Shown here piece by piece: positions 1 to 10,217 of a stretch of DNA of 59,809 bases (the stretch's first letter is position 1; every line of letters starts with the position of its first letter). The notes under the pieces were generated by a model. It was not told the DNA's origin. It saw nothing but the letters and a program-made list of their open reading frames with translations, and ran no database searches. The stretch is from an uncultured archaeon (GTDB lineage: Archaea > Nanohalarchaeota > Nanosalinia > Nanosalinales > Nanosalinaceae), in assembly GCA_964629245.1 (NCBI GenBank), contig CAZVPZ010000001.1, forward strand, positions 1 to 59,809, given 5' to 3'. The translations under genes and the position numbers were made by a program.

Positions 1-994
1 CCGCCTCCGCGGGAAGCGCCTCCTGCATCAGCTCTCCCAGGTCGACCCGGCCGGACTGGCACCGCGCCGATATATTGACCTCATCGTCTCCTGTCTGTGC
101 GACGATGTGGATCCACTCGGGCGTCTTCGCGGACATGTTGGTGGCGATGCTGGATGTTATGTGGAAGTCGCTCTCTATCCCGAAGAAGATTATCATCTTT
201 TCCCGGTCTATCTCCCTGTCCTCCTCGTAGTCCTCGACGGCGCGGTTGAACTCATCCTGCATCTCGAGGTAGACCTCGTAGATCTTCCTGTAGGCTTCCT
301 GTGCCTCTAGCTCCTTCAGGTCGCTGGAAGCCATCAGGGCCTCGTAGGCCAGCTCTGCAAAGTGCGCTGAATCCCTGTACGGCTTGATGTTGAGAACCGA
401 TGAGTACCGACCGTACTCGCAGTTCTTCGCCAGCTGCTGCTGTTCAAGTTCCTCAGGCAGGTAGGCCTCGTAGTCCTCCTTGAGCTTCTCGAAGAGTTCC
501 GGACACGAGTCGACGCCGAAGTCCTGTATAACTCCGAGCCCCGCGATCCACCGCAGGTCGTCCGCCATACCGAACTCGGAGGCGATGTCGAGGCATATCT
601 TGCTGCAGGGTATGTAGACCTCTCCGTCCTCCGTCCGCGGGTTCACGAACGCAACATCTGGCTCCCGGTCGAAGTTGTGGTGGTCGACCACCAGTACATC
701 CGCGTATCTCTCGTCCAGCTCCTCCAGCTCTTCCGCTCCAAGGTTGAAGTCTAGAACTATCAGCCTGTCTGCGCCCTCCAGCAGTTCGCGGTCCTCTTCG
801 CCCAGGTGGTAGGCCCGCTTCGAGGGTATCCTGACCTCGTCTGCTGGCGTACCCCTAAGATGTTCGAGAAGCTTGGAGATTATAGCAGCTGACGCGCTGC
901 CGTCCATATCCCAGTGGTGGACTACGACCACTTTCTCTTCCGGTTTTATTTCTTCAAGGAAACCTGTAGCTGGTTTCAGGAGTTCTGAATCCAT
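1..994 (-). CDS. DHH-family phosphoesterase, RecJ/GAN-like; C-terminal end runs off the left edge
   Basis: Absent from the ORF track because it is open at the edge. Own translation from ATG 994: MDSELLKPATGFLEEIKPEEKVVVVHHWDMDGSASAAII...RLIVLDFN...VLVVDHHNFD. DHH motifs are present (HxxDxDG, DxN, DHH). The frame stays open to base 1. Confidence 0.8.
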   Translation of the reverse strand, partial: MDSELLKPATGFLEEIKPEEKVVVVHHWDMDGSASAAIISKLLEHLRGTPADEVRIPSKRAYHLGEEDRELLEGADRLIVLDFNLGAEELEELDERYADVLVVDHHNFDREPDVAFVNPRTEDGEVYIPCSKICLDIASEFGMADDLRWIAGLGVIQDFGVDSCPELFEKLKEDYEAYLPEELEQQQLAKNCEYGRYSSVLNIKPYRDSAHFAELAYEALMASSDLKELEAQEAYRKIYEVYLEMQDEFNRAVEDYEEDREIDREKMIIFFGIESDFHITSSIATNMSAKTPEWIHIVAQTGDDEVNISARCQSGRVDLGELMQEALPAEA

Positions 995-1003
995 AGTATA
1001 GTT

Positions 1004-4000
1004 TTAGCCGGAGGTACGGGAAAAACTGAACTCGACCTCGCTGCTCTCGAACTCGACCTCTCCTCTGTTTTCAAGGTGTTCGCCCCCGTACTCGATGCGG
1101 GAGAGGTTGATACGCCTCTTGAGGACGTCCTCTCCCTGTTTTATATCTTCGATGTCTCCTTTCAGCACGAGCTCGACTTCTTCTCCGACATCGAGACCTG
1201 CTTCCTTCCTCTCCTGCTGGATGGCTCTCCCTACCTCATTCACGAGCGCCTCACGTATCAGCTCTTCTGTTCTCTCTGTGTCGATGTACACCGCACCCTG
1301 GGAGAACTCTTCGCCCTCCCGGCCTTCCGGCACGAAGGTCCTGACATCGAACATATCCGGTGCGAGCGAGAAGCCTTCCAGCTCTACTTTTCCATCACTT
1401 TCCACTTTTTCTGCCACCTCTGACGCGTCAGCTTCTGCCAGCGCTTTTTCCACTCTGGATACGTCATCCCCGAGTTCAGGTCCTGCGTTGGCGTAATCGA
1501 GCTTGACCTCGTAGTCGAGCTCCACCTTCTGGAAATCCACTTCCTTCGCGTTCAATCTCTCCTCCATCAGTTCTTCCAGGTCCTCGACTGCCTGCCTGAC
1601 CTCGGCGTTCCCGCTGACCGTGACCTTCTTCACAGGGTGACGCAGCTTGATGCCTTCTTCCTGCCTCAGCCTCGCAACTGTTTCTTCGACCTCCTGGAAT
1701 ATCGACATGTCGCGTTCGAGGCCGCGGTCGACCATCCCTTCATCGACCTCCGGGTAGTCCTCCATGTGGATGGAGTCGTTGCCGGTCCAGAGGTACTCCG
1801 CGAGGTAGGGCGTAAACGGAGATATCGCCTTCAGCAGCTCGGTGGTGACGTACCGCAAGGTCCACTCTGCCGCCTGCCTGTCGCCGCCCTCGTAGCCGGG
1901 TCGGAGGCGGTCGCGTATCATCTGTATGTAGGACCGGGAGAGGTCGTTCTTGGTGAAATTTTCTATCGCGGCCGCGGCCCTGTAGGCGCTGTATTCCGGC
2001 TCCGTGGAGGCATCGCGGACCTCCTCTATCATCGAATTCAGCCGGGATATAATCCACCGGTCCTCCAGTTCCAGGCTCTCCGGTTTTTCAACGTCCGACG
2101 TGTAGGTGTCCCGGTAGTTGTAGGCGTTCCATAATATATTCATGAAGTCCAGGTTCTCGTCCATCTCATCCCACCGGAAGCTCCAGTCCTCGCTGGGATC
2201 CTTCGAGAGTATGTAGAACCTGAGTATGTCGCGGCCGTACTTCTCGATAGCCTCCTGCGGGGAGACCACGATGCCCTTTGACTTGGACATCTCCCTTCCT
2301 TCCAGCATGACCTTGCCGTGGTAGATAACGCTGTCGAACGGTCTCTGCTCGAAGGTCATCATAGAGGTTATGAACTGGCTGTTCCACCACCCCCTTATCT
2401 GGTCGAATCCTTCGAGTTCGAGGTCTACCGGGCCCTCTTCCTCGAAACTGAAGTCGAGCCGGGGGTTCCTCAGCGAGGCCCACGGCGCGACACCGGAATC
2501 GAACCAGACATCCAGGACATCCGGAATCCTTGACATCTTCCCACCGCACTCTCCGCACTCCAGCTCCACCTGGTCGATGTAAGGCCGGTGGAGGTCGTCC
2601 GGTACCTCGGGAAGCTCGGAGCGGTCGCCTATAACCTTCGTATTGTCGCATCCCTCGCATTCCCAGATGGGCAGTGGTATACCCCAGTAACGCTGGCGCG
2701 ACACCGGCCAGTCGCCCAGCTGTTCCAGCCACTCGTGGAACTTCTGTCCGGCCCAGTCCGGAACCCAGTTCACCTCGTCGTTCGCATCAAGTAAATCGTC
2801 GCGGAACTGTGTAGCACCGAAGAACCACTGCGGCACCGCTAACTGCAGAAGTGGTGTGTCGCACCGCCAGCACTTGGGGTACTCGTGGTGCACACTTCCC
2901 GAATGCAGTAGGGCGCCTGCTTGGTAGAGGTCTTCCTTTATCTCCTCGTCAGCATCCTTCACGTACATGCCCTCGTACTTGCCCGCTGTCTCGTCGTACT
3001 CTCCCTTGAGGTCGACAGGATTCAATAGCTCCAGGCCCTCTTCCTGACCCATCTCGTAGTCTTCTTTACCGTGTCCTGGAGCAGTGTGGACCAGGCCGGT
3101 TCCGGATTCCAGGTCGACGTATCTCTCGGACAGTACCACGCGCCTCTCCACGTCTTCCTGTAGCGGGACGTGTTCCTCCAGCGGGTTGCTGTACTTTACG
3201 CCCTCAAGCTCACCCCCTTTGACCTTTTCGATTACATCGTAGTCCTCTACCTTGAACTCCTCCATCAGGTCTTCCACCAGAGCGGACGCGATCCAGACCT
3301 TCCTGCCGTCGAACTCCACCAGCGAGTACTCGTAGTCCGGGTTGACCATGATGCCGGTGTTGGATGGCAGAGTCCAGGGCGTCGTGGTCCATATCAGTAG
3401 TTCCTCTTCGCTGTTGTCTATCGGAAACGCGACGTATACCTCGGGGTCTTCAAGCCGTGTGTACTCTATCTCGTTGTAGGCCACCGCGGTCTCGCACCGG
3501 GAGCAGACGTGGACGCTGTACCGGTCCTTGTAGAGATACCCCTTCTCGTATGCCCGCTTGAATGTGGTCCATGCGCCCTCGATGTAGTAGTCGTGGTAGG
3601 TGATGTAGGGGTTCTCCCATGTCATCCAGACCCCCATGTCGTTGAAGTCCTGGTTCATCTCCTTGATGTGCATGTCGACGAACTGCTTGCATCTCGCCAC
3701 GAAATTGTCGACTCCGAAGTCCTCTATATCCTGCTTTTTCTCGAATCCCTCCTCTTCCTCCACCTTGTTCTCGATGGGGAGGCCGTGGACATCGTATCCG
3801 GGCTGTGCGTGCACGTCAAAACCCAGCTTCCTGTGGAACCGGAGGTAGTAGTCCTTGAGTATCTTGTTCATCCCTGTTCCCATGTGGATGGAGCCGGTAG
3901 CGTAGGGAGGGCCGTCGAGAAAGTAAAAGCGTTCTTCGCCATCATTCCTGTCCAGCACTTTTCCCCTCGTTTCGTTTTCCTGCCAGTGCTGTTGGACCTC

Positions 4001-4033
4001 CTCTTCTATTTCATCAGGGGTATACTCAGTCAT
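1004..4033 (-). CDS. ileS: Isoleucyl-tRNA synthetase
   Basis: 1009 aa. Class I HIGH region (SIHMGTG), KMSKS (EMSKSKG), CP1 editing-size insertion and Zn-Cys pairs. Confidence 0.95.
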   Translation of the reverse strand: MTEYTPDEIEEEVQQHWQENETRGKVLDRNDGEERFYFLDGPPYATGSIHMGTGMNKILKDYYLRFHRKLGFDVHAQPGYDVHGLPIENKVEEEEGFEKKQDIEDFGVDNFVARCKQFVDMHIKEMNQDFNDMGVWMTWENPYITYHDYYIEGAWTTFKRAYEKGYLYKDRYSVHVCSRCETAVAYNEIEYTRLEDPEVYVAFPIDNSEEELLIWTTTPWTLPSNTGIMVNPDYEYSLVEFDGRKVWIASALVEDLMEEFKVEDYDVIEKVKGGELEGVKYSNPLEEHVPLQEDVERRVVLSERYVDLESGTGLVHTAPGHGKEDYEMGQEEGLELLNPVDLKGEYDETAGKYEGMYVKDADEEIKEDLYQAGALLHSGSVHHEYPKCWRCDTPLLQLAVPQWFFGATQFRDDLLDANDEVNWVPDWAGQKFHEWLEQLGDWPVSRQRYWGIPLPIWECEGCDNTKVIGDRSELPEVPDDLHRPYIDQVELECGECGGKMSRIPDVLDVWFDSGVAPWASLRNPRLDFSFEEEGPVDLELEGFDQIRGWWNSQFITSMMTFEQRPFDSVIYHGKVMLEGREMSKSKGIVVSPQEAIEKYGRDILRFYILSKDPSEDWSFRWDEMDENLDFMNILWNAYNYRDTYTSDVEKPESLELEDRWIISRLNSMIEEVRDASTEPEYSAYRAAAAIENFTKNDLSRSYIQMIRDRLRPGYEGGDRQAAEWTLRYVTTELLKAISPFTPYLAEYLWTGNDSIHMEDYPEVDEGMVDRGLERDMSIFQEVEETVARLRQEEGIKLRHPVKKVTVSGNAEVRQAVEDLEELMEERLNAKEVDFQKVELDYEVKLDYANAGPELGDDVSRVEKALAEADASEVAEKVESDGKVELEGFSLAPDMFDVRTFVPEGREGEEFSQGAVYIDTERTEELIREALVNEVGRAIQQERKEAGLDVGEEVELVLKGDIEDIKQGEDVLKRRINLSRIEYGGEHLENRGEVEFESSEVEFSFSRTSG

Positions 4034-4095
4034 ACTCGCTCACTCGCTTCTGAAAGTTAAAAGGGTTGTTGCCCCTACAGTCCAGAACCAGTATT

Positions 4096-4144
4096 TGTAA
4101 TACAAAATACTGGATTATGCCGATATATGGGGGAGATGTATTAC
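4096..4144. promoter_or_regulatory. Conserved intergenic motif: TGTAATACAAA, 27 nt to ATATATGG, then 13 nt to ATGTATTAC
   Basis: The same three blocks with the same spacing recur at 19713-19760. The GTAWTAC core is palindromic. Here it sits inside a larger palindrome, CCAGTATTTGTAATACAAAATACTGG. Confidence 0.45.
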
Positions 4145-4154
4145 AAAAACGGGT

Positions 4155-4859
4155 CTATCTCCACTCGTAGCTCTTGCCGTCCCAGTGACCGCTCCTGTTC
4201 CGACCCCCTTCTTCATCTGCCGATTCTTCTTCCTGTTCGTCGTCCCGCTTTTCGGGTTCTTCCGGTTCCTCCTCTTCCTCTCCGTCACCGCTTTCTTCCG
4301 GTTCCGGTATTTCCTCTTCCTTCCCAGTTCTTCCGCCGCCGAGACCTCCTTCGAGGAGTTTGTCCGCGATACTTCCCTCGGTGAACCCCTGGCCGGCGGG
4401 ATGTGCTTCCCTCTTTCCCCCCGCTACTGTGGATGCGTCCGACATAGCCTGCTGGATATCGTCCAGCTGTTCCCTCAGCGCCTCCTTCTGGGGGAAGATT
4501 GCACCTGTCGGGGTGCCCGCGTTCTCCTCCCCCTTGAACCGGGGGAAGACCTGGATATATGCATGGGGCAGCATCTGGCCTCCAGCCTCCTCCACGTTTA
4601 CAGTTATTGATACGCCGTCCGCGTCGAGCCCGTTCTTGGCCTTCTCCGCTACCTCACGGGCCAGCTTCATCGCCTCCTGCCATTCCTCTTTCGAGAAATC
4701 CAGTACGCTTTCTGTGTGCTCCTTCGGTACGATCATGGTGTGGCCCTTCGCACGGGGATTGACCTCGAGCCAGGCGTAGAAACTGTCTGTCTCACCCACC
4801 GTGTAGAGCTGGTCGGGATTCGCTATCAGCTGGCAGAAAGGACACTGTTCGTCGGCCAT
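4155..4859 (-). CDS. HIT (histidine triad) family protein with long acidic C-terminal tail
   Basis: N-terminal CPFC, GHTMIVPKEH and a degenerate histidine triad (LPHAYIQVFP). The C-terminal 90 aa are E/D-rich. Confidence 0.8.
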   Translation of the reverse strand: MADEQCPFCQLIANPDQLYTVGETDSFYAWLEVNPRAKGHTMIVPKEHTESVLDFSKEEWQEAMKLAREVAEKAKNGLDADGVSITVNVEEAGGQMLPHAYIQVFPRFKGEENAGTPTGAIFPQKEALREQLDDIQQAMSDASTVAGGKREAHPAGQGFTEGSIADKLLEGGLGGGRTGKEEEIPEPEESGDGEEEEEPEEPEKRDDEQEEESADEEGGRNRSGHWDGKSYEWR

Positions 4860-4935
4860 GTAAAGGATTTGCCCGGCAACGCCTTTATAAAAGTGGGCGG
4901 TGATTGGTGGTTACAAGATTTGCAGGTGCATTTTC

Positions 4936-5310
4936 ATGTCTGAAGACGAATTTGACGACGATTTTGAACAGGATTTCGAAGACGACTTCGAAGAAACCCC
5001 AGAGGAAGAGGTAGAGCTTGAGGATGAAGTCGAGGAGGAAGACGATTTCGAGACGGAGACCCAGGACGACTTTGACGACGAGTTCGAGGAAGAAAGCGAT
5101 GATGAAGGCTCCGGAGAGGACTTCGACAAGCCCGTCGCAGAGGGCGACGTGGTGGAGCTCGAGATCCAAGACCTCGGAAGCAAGGGCGATGGCATCGCGA
5201 GAGTCGAGGGATTCGTGATTTTCGTGCCCGGCGGAGAGGTCGACGAGACCTATGATGTCGAGATCACCTCTGTGGGAAGGAAGTTCGCCTTTGGAGAGAT
5301 AGTGGACTGA
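4936..5310 (+). CDS. TRAM-domain protein with acidic N-terminal region
   Basis: The C-terminus (VELEIQDLGSKGDGIARVEGFVIFVPGGEVDETYDVEITSV) is TRAM-like. The ATG at 4936 is preferred over the track start at 4900. Confidence 0.8.
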   Translation: MSEDEFDDDFEQDFEDDFEETPEEEVELEDEVEEEDDFETETQDDFDDEFEEESDDEGSGEDFDKPVAEGDVVELEIQDLGSKGDGIARVEGFVIFVPGGEVDETYDVEITSVGRKFAFGEIVD

Positions 5311-5358
5311 GAACGCCGCTATCCAAGCTTTTTATCTTTTCTACTTTTCATTTCTATC

Positions 5359-5931
5359 ATGGATTATCAGGACATCGCGCTCGCCGTGATTCTGCTCTCA
5401 AGTCTCCTGGGTCTGTACCTCGCCCTGAATCCGATGGTCTTGGTAGATGCGATGGAGGAGCAGCATGACCACGGCAGTCATCCCCACGGTAACGAATCTG
5501 AGGGCTTCGTTTACGGCTCGGATCACGACCACGCTCTCTTCTACCTGGTGGTCAACGGCACCGAGATGGAGTTCTCCAAGCCCGAGTATCAGCTCGCTGC
5601 CTCCTACGTCCACCTGGAGAACAACAACTCTCATATCGTCCACAAGCACTCTGTCGGCGTCACCTGGGAAGACTTTTTCGAAACCATAAACGTCTCGATC
5701 AACTATACCAGGGAAGGGCTCTGTGTGGATGCGAGGGGGAAGAAGTACTGCGGCAACGGCACTGTATCTCTGGACGGTAAAATCCAGCCAGATATCGGGA
5801 CCGAGATACAGCAGGGCGCGAACATGATCATAGCTATAGGAAACCGGTCGGAGCAGACGCTTGAGAGGTACCGGGGCAGACAGCTACCGAGACATTACAA
5901 GCCGTCTGGGACTCGTGGAAGGAGGATATGA
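5359..5931 (+). CDS. Membrane-anchored His-rich hypothetical protein
   Basis: N-terminal transmembrane anchor followed by His clusters (HDHGSHPHG, HIVHKH) and a Cys pair. Confidence 0.65.
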   Translation: MDYQDIALAVILLSSLLGLYLALNPMVLVDAMEEQHDHGSHPHGNESEGFVYGSDHDHALFYLVVNGTEMEFSKPEYQLAASYVHLENNNSHIVHKHSVGVTWEDFFETINVSINYTREGLCVDARGKKYCGNGTVSLDGKIQPDIGTEIQQGANMIIAIGNRSEQTLERYRGRQLPRHYKPSGTRGRRI

Positions 5932-7067
5932 AGATGAAGAATCTGCTGGTACGTTACAGCGATATAGGTACGAAATCCCGCTATGTCAGGAACCAGATGA
6001 CGGCGGTCCTGAGACAGCGGGTGGAAGACAGGCTTGAATACGAGGATATAGACTACGAGAAGGTGTCAGGTGGACACGGCAGGATAATCGTGGAATCCGG
6101 GAAGACGATGGAAGCTGCGGAGGTCCTCTCAGAGGTTCCGGGCGTCGCCTCCGCTTCTCCCGCAGTCAAGACTGATGCCGCGATGGACGCGATAAAGAAG
6201 GCTTCCCTCGAATTCGATTACGGTGGAAGTTTCGGAGTTGATGCAAGGAGGGCGGGAGAGCATCCTTTCAGCAGTAAAGATGTCGAGGAAGAGGTTGGAG
6301 CGGTGGTAGAGGAATCGGAAGAGATAGAGGTCGACCTCGATGATCCTGACACTTGGCTGGGCGTGGAGGTAAGGTTCGGCGACGCCTACCTGTACACGGA
6401 TACCTTTGAAGGGCCGGGCGGCCTTCCGGTTGGCACGCAGGGCAGGCTCACGGCTCTGATAAGTGGAGGTATAGACTCTCCGGTTGCCGCCTACCAGGTC
6501 ATGAAGAGAGGTTGCGATGTTCTGCCGGTCTACTTCTACAACAGGCCAATAGCGGCGGAGGACCACTGGCTTCGCTTCCGGGCCGGGGTGGAAAAACTCA
6601 GGCGGTTTCATCCTTCCAAGACCTGGGAGGTCTACCGGGTAGATATGGAGGAGGTCAACAACGAGCTCATGGAGGTGGAGAGGGGAAGGATGTTGCTCCA
6701 CCGGATTGCCATGTTCCGCGTGGCAGGGAGAATCGCGGAGAGCGAGGGCTTACCGGGTATAGTCACTGGCGAGGCAATCGGCCAGAAATCCTCGCAGACG
6801 CCGTCTAACCTCGCGGCCACGTCTTCGGAGGTAGATAGACCGGTTTTCAGGCCCCTGCTTGAGTGGAACAAGCAGGAGATAGTTGAGAAGGCGAAGCAGA
6901 TAGGAACTTACGAGGATGCCTCTATAGCGTCTGCCTGCAGCACGATGGCACCGGATAACCCTGCGACGGAGATGAAGCCCGAGGACCTGGGAGAACTCAA
7001 GCGGAAGGTGGCTATAGACCGTCTCGTGGAGCAGGCCTGGGATTCTGCGGAGAAACTAAATCTGTAG
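5928..7067 (+). CDS. thiI: tRNA 4-thiouridine synthase ThiI (THUMP + PP-loop, no rhodanese domain)
   Basis: PP-loop SGGIDSPVAA and an N-terminal ferredoxin-like/THUMP region. The start overlaps the upstream stop (ATGA). Confidence 0.9.
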   Translation: MKMKNLLVRYSDIGTKSRYVRNQMTAVLRQRVEDRLEYEDIDYEKVSGGHGRIIVESGKTMEAAEVLSEVPGVASASPAVKTDAAMDAIKKASLEFDYGGSFGVDARRAGEHPFSSKDVEEEVGAVVEESEEIEVDLDDPDTWLGVEVRFGDAYLYTDTFEGPGGLPVGTQGRLTALISGGIDSPVAAYQVMKRGCDVLPVYFYNRPIAAEDHWLRFRAGVEKLRRFHPSKTWEVYRVDMEEVNNELMEVERGRMLLHRIAMFRVAGRIAESEGLPGIVTGEAIGQKSSQTPSNLAATSSEVDRPVFRPLLEWNKQEIVEKAKQIGTYEDASIASACSTMAPDNPATEMKPEDLGELKRKVAIDRLVEQAWDSAEKLNL

Positions 7068-7108
7068 CACCGAAAAGGTTATATACCCTGCACTGATTCT
7101 GAAAGGTT

Positions 7109-7411
7109 ATGACTCTGAAAGAGAGGAAAGAAGAGGCTGAGGCGATTCTTGACTCGGCGGAAATGCTGCTGGAAACTTTCGGAGGGGCTGGAGGTATCGC
7201 CAACAAGCTCCAGAAGAAGATAACGGAGCTGGAGGAAGAGCTACAGGACCCCGAGTCTGAGCAGAAGCTTAGCCAGCTTATATCGGATATAAAGGAGCTT
7301 ATGGACCAGCTCCAGGACCAGCCGATGGAGGAAGGACCCGAAGATGAGATGGGGATTGGTCCCGAGGACGAGATAGGAAGGGGTCCAGAAGACGATGTTC
7401 CGCCATTCTAG
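7109..7411 (+). CDS. Small acidic coiled-coil protein
   Basis: 100 aa and E/D/Q-rich. It shares its style with the 44250-44886 pair. Confidence 0.6.
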   Translation: MTLKERKEEAEAILDSAEMLLETFGGAGGIANKLQKKITELEEELQDPESEQKLSQLISDIKELMDQLQDQPMEEGPEDEMGIGPEDEIGRGPEDDVPPF

Positions 7412-7451
7412 CTCCGCCAGAGCTTTATAGACTTTCTACCCACTGGTTTCT

Positions 7452-7949
7452 ATGAGGAAGGACCGGATAGAGGTGAAAAGGTTTGGAGGGGATAAGAACG
7501 CTCTCCGCCACTGGAAAGATATAGAGTCGCCCTTCTCTGTGGCCCGCAACACCGTTCTCATAGTTCTGGCCCGCTATACCCCTTTAAAGCTGAAAAATGC
7601 GCTTCTCAGGCTGGCAGGTGTCGATGTGGGCGCCCATGTTTCAATAGGCCTCGATGCGACCTTTGATGTCTTCCGTCCGGATATGATTTCTATCGGTGCG
7701 AACACCACCATCGGGTACAACGCCACAGTTCTGGCCCACGAGACGACCCAGGATGAGTTCCGTGTCGGTAGGGTCGATATCGGGGAGAACGTGCTTATAG
7801 GCGCCAACACGACTGTCCTGCCGGGCGTGGTTATAGGCGACGGCGCCACGGTATCCGCCAACTCTCTGGTGAACCGCGACGTTGAAGAGGGCGAGTTCGT
7901 AGGGGGTGTGCCGGTCAGGAACCTCTCTCCTGAAGATGGAGGTACATGA
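7452..7949 (+). CDS. Hexapeptide-repeat (LbH) acyl/acetyltransferase
   Basis: Repeated [LIV]G-x4 hexapeptides (IGANTTIGYNATV, IGENVLIGANTTVLPGVVIGDGATV). Confidence 0.85.
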   Translation: MRKDRIEVKRFGGDKNALRHWKDIESPFSVARNTVLIVLARYTPLKLKNALLRLAGVDVGAHVSIGLDATFDVFRPDMISIGANTTIGYNATVLAHETTQDEFRVGRVDIGENVLIGANTTVLPGVVIGDGATVSANSLVNRDVEEGEFVGGVPVRNLSPEDGGT

Positions 7950-8511
7950 GGGCCGCACTTAACGCCGTGAGGCCGAAGGCGGAGGCCATCGCAGGGCTTA
8001 CAGGGTGGTCGTGTGGCGCGTAGATCCGGGTGTGCAGGTCGAGGAAGTAGTCAAGCAAGTCGTTGACCACGAACCAGGATGCGGCGAGTCCGAGGTGCCT
8101 GAAGTCGAAATCTGTGTAGTCGAGCACCAGGAACGCCTGCAGGAACATCAGTAGATGCGAGAAAAGCAGGAAAAGGTACATCGGAAGCGGGTTGGAACTG
8201 AAGAAGGTATCGAAGTAGAACAACAAGATGAAGACGGTCCACAGGCCGTACTTGATGTTAGCGATTGCTGCGAGAGCGTCTAGCAACCCGGATTTTCGAT
8301 TCTGGATGTAAAAGAAGAGTGAGGAGGCGATGAGGAGTGTAGCGAGAGGGGAGTCGGCCACGAAGATCCACAGGTGTGGTGCGGTTGCGGCGAACTGTTC
8401 CCTGTAGTAGTAGAAGCCGAAAGCTGTTCCCGCGAGGTTGACAGTTATTATCGCGGCCGCGAACCTGGAGAGTGAGAGTTCTCTGAGCTTCTCCGGCAGT
8501 ATCTGGACCAT
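7915..8511 (-). CDS. Multi-pass membrane protein (DUF1405-like)
   Basis: 198 aa with 5-6 hydrophobic helices. The family assignment is from memory only. There is a 35-nt convergent overlap with the acetyltransferase. Confidence 0.65.
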   Translation of the reverse strand: MVQILPEKLRELSLSRFAAAIITVNLAGTAFGFYYYREQFAATAPHLWIFVADSPLATLLIASSLFFYIQNRKSGLLDALAAIANIKYGLWTVFILLFYFDTFFSSNPLPMYLFLLFSHLLMFLQAFLVLDYTDFDFRHLGLAASWFVVNDLLDYFLDLHTRIYAPHDHPVSPAMASAFGLTALSAALMYLHLQERGS

Positions 8512-8518
8512 GTAGAAC

Positions 8519-9454
8519 TTATTTCCGGCGGCTTTTTTCTATCTCTTCCTCAAGACCGAGTCCCTCTACGAGGTTCTGGTAGCCCTTCCTCACGGTTACC
8601 TCGGTCACCCCTACTGCCGCTGCGATCTCCTGCTGGGTGACTTCCTCCCCTTCCAGCTTTGAGGCTAGGTAGAGCGCTGCCGCCACTATCCCGTCGGGAC
8701 TCCTTCCTGCTAGAAGTTCCTCTTCGCGGGCGTTCTCTATCAGCCTCCTTGCCCGTGCCTGTGTCTCTCCTTTCATACCTATCTGGGATCCGAAACGCGG
8801 TATGAAATCCTCGGGGTTGACGGGAACTATGCGGAGGTCAAGCTCTCTCGCAACGTAGCGATAGGTCTTGCCGAGTTCTCTCTCGGTTACGCCGGCTTCG
8901 TCCGCGATTTCTGACATAGTCCTGGGAACGCCGTGGTTTCTCGCGGTGACGTAGATCAGTGACGCGGCGATGTGCTCTATCCGCCTTCCCTTGACAACGC
9001 CCTGCTCTAGTGCCTTTTCATACAGCCTTCCTGCTTCTTCGAGAACTGAATTCGGAAGTTTGAGCATCGCGACGAGCCTTTCCATCTCTCCCAGGGCGAA
9101 CTTCATACGTCGCTGGCGGGACTCGTCCAGCCGTCTCTGCCATTTCTTCATCCTGTAGTACTGTCCGCGCTTGCTGGGTGAGACTCCTCTAAGGCTACCG
9201 CCCCCTATCTCGGTTGAAAGCCCGCGGTCGGCCTTGGTATAGGTTATAGGGGCGCCTGTACGCTTTATCTTCTCCCTCTCCTCGGAGGTGAAGGCCCTCT
9301 GTTCCGGGGCGGACTCCTCTATCATCTCCTCTTCTATGACTGTGCCGCATTCCCTGCAGAGCAATTCGGCTCTCTCAGTGTTCCTCCTGAAGGAGGTGGA
9401 ACCGCACACGGGGCATTCAAGCCCTTTTTCGTCGTTTTCCTCAGAATCTGGCAT
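8519..9454 (-). CDS. tfb: Transcription initiation factor IIB (TFB)
   Basis: N-terminal Zn ribbon (CPVCGS...CRECG) followed by two cyclin-fold repeats. Confidence 0.95.
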   Translation of the reverse strand: MPDSEENDEKGLECPVCGSTSFRRNTERAELLCRECGTVIEEEMIEESAPEQRAFTSEEREKIKRTGAPITYTKADRGLSTEIGGGSLRGVSPSKRGQYYRMKKWQRRLDESRQRRMKFALGEMERLVAMLKLPNSVLEEAGRLYEKALEQGVVKGRRIEHIAASLIYVTARNHGVPRTMSEIADEAGVTERELGKTYRYVARELDLRIVPVNPEDFIPRFGSQIGMKGETQARARRLIENAREEELLAGRSPDGIVAAALYLASKLEGEEVTQQEIAAAVGVTEVTVRKGYQNLVEGLGLEEEIEKSRRK

Positions 9455-9549
9455 TTTCCCTACCCGATCAATCTCAAATGAACCCCAAACTTCTTATCTC
9501 TTTCGCTTACCACCGGGAAACTGCCTCTGAACCGTGAAAACTTACTGCG

Positions 9550-10095
9550 CTAGCCTAGGAGGTATTTGAGTCCAGGGTTCTTCCTGACGAGTTCGGTATC
9601 CTCCAGGTACTCGTCGAGCCCCACTATCCTGCCGGCGCCGAAAGCCCCGAGACCGAACAGCAGTATGGCGTAGACAATGTGGTCGTCCACTACCCAGCCA
9701 TGCGCCAGGGGAAGTCCCTGCATAAGCCCGCCTTCAAGGCTGGAAGCCCAGAAAAGCATCATCATCACTGCAGACCAGAAGGCACTGGACCTGACCAGCA
9801 GGCCCAGCAGTAGCCCGAGCCCGGTCAGTGTAAGGCCCCACATCACAAGGGCGTCGACCATGGGTATACCGGCCATTATCGCCCAGGCGTCCACGAACGG
9901 GTTGCCAGCCGGCACGTTCTGGAGGTATCCGGCAGCGGTCCAGGAAGGATCCAAGAGCTTTTCAACACCGGCCTGGAAGAGTATCCAGCCCATCACGATA
10001 CGTAGGGACAGGATGGAGTAGCCGACCCAGTGATCGGAGTATTCGAACGAGACATCTCTTCCGAATATCTCTGTACGAAGCTCTTGATCTGACAT
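9550..10095 (-). CDS. DoxX-family membrane protein
   Basis: 181 aa, 4 TM, with LRIVMGWILFQAGVEKL typical of DoxX/DoxD. Confidence 0.75.
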   Translation of the reverse strand: MSDQELRTEIFGRDVSFEYSDHWVGYSILSLRIVMGWILFQAGVEKLLDPSWTAAGYLQNVPAGNPFVDAWAIMAGIPMVDALVMWGLTLTGLGLLLGLLVRSSAFWSAVMMMLFWASSLEGGLMQGLPLAHGWVVDDHIVYAILLFGLGAFGAGRIVGLDEYLEDTELVRKNPGLKYLLG

Positions 10096-10217
10096 AACTC
10101 AACTAACCGCCTGCTTCCTTATAAAGGTATTCTGCCCGCTGAAGGGTTTAGGCAGGCCTAAAAGGCCTTCTTGGTTCGCTACCAAGATTAATAAACAAGA
10201 CCTCATGAACTGTTTGT

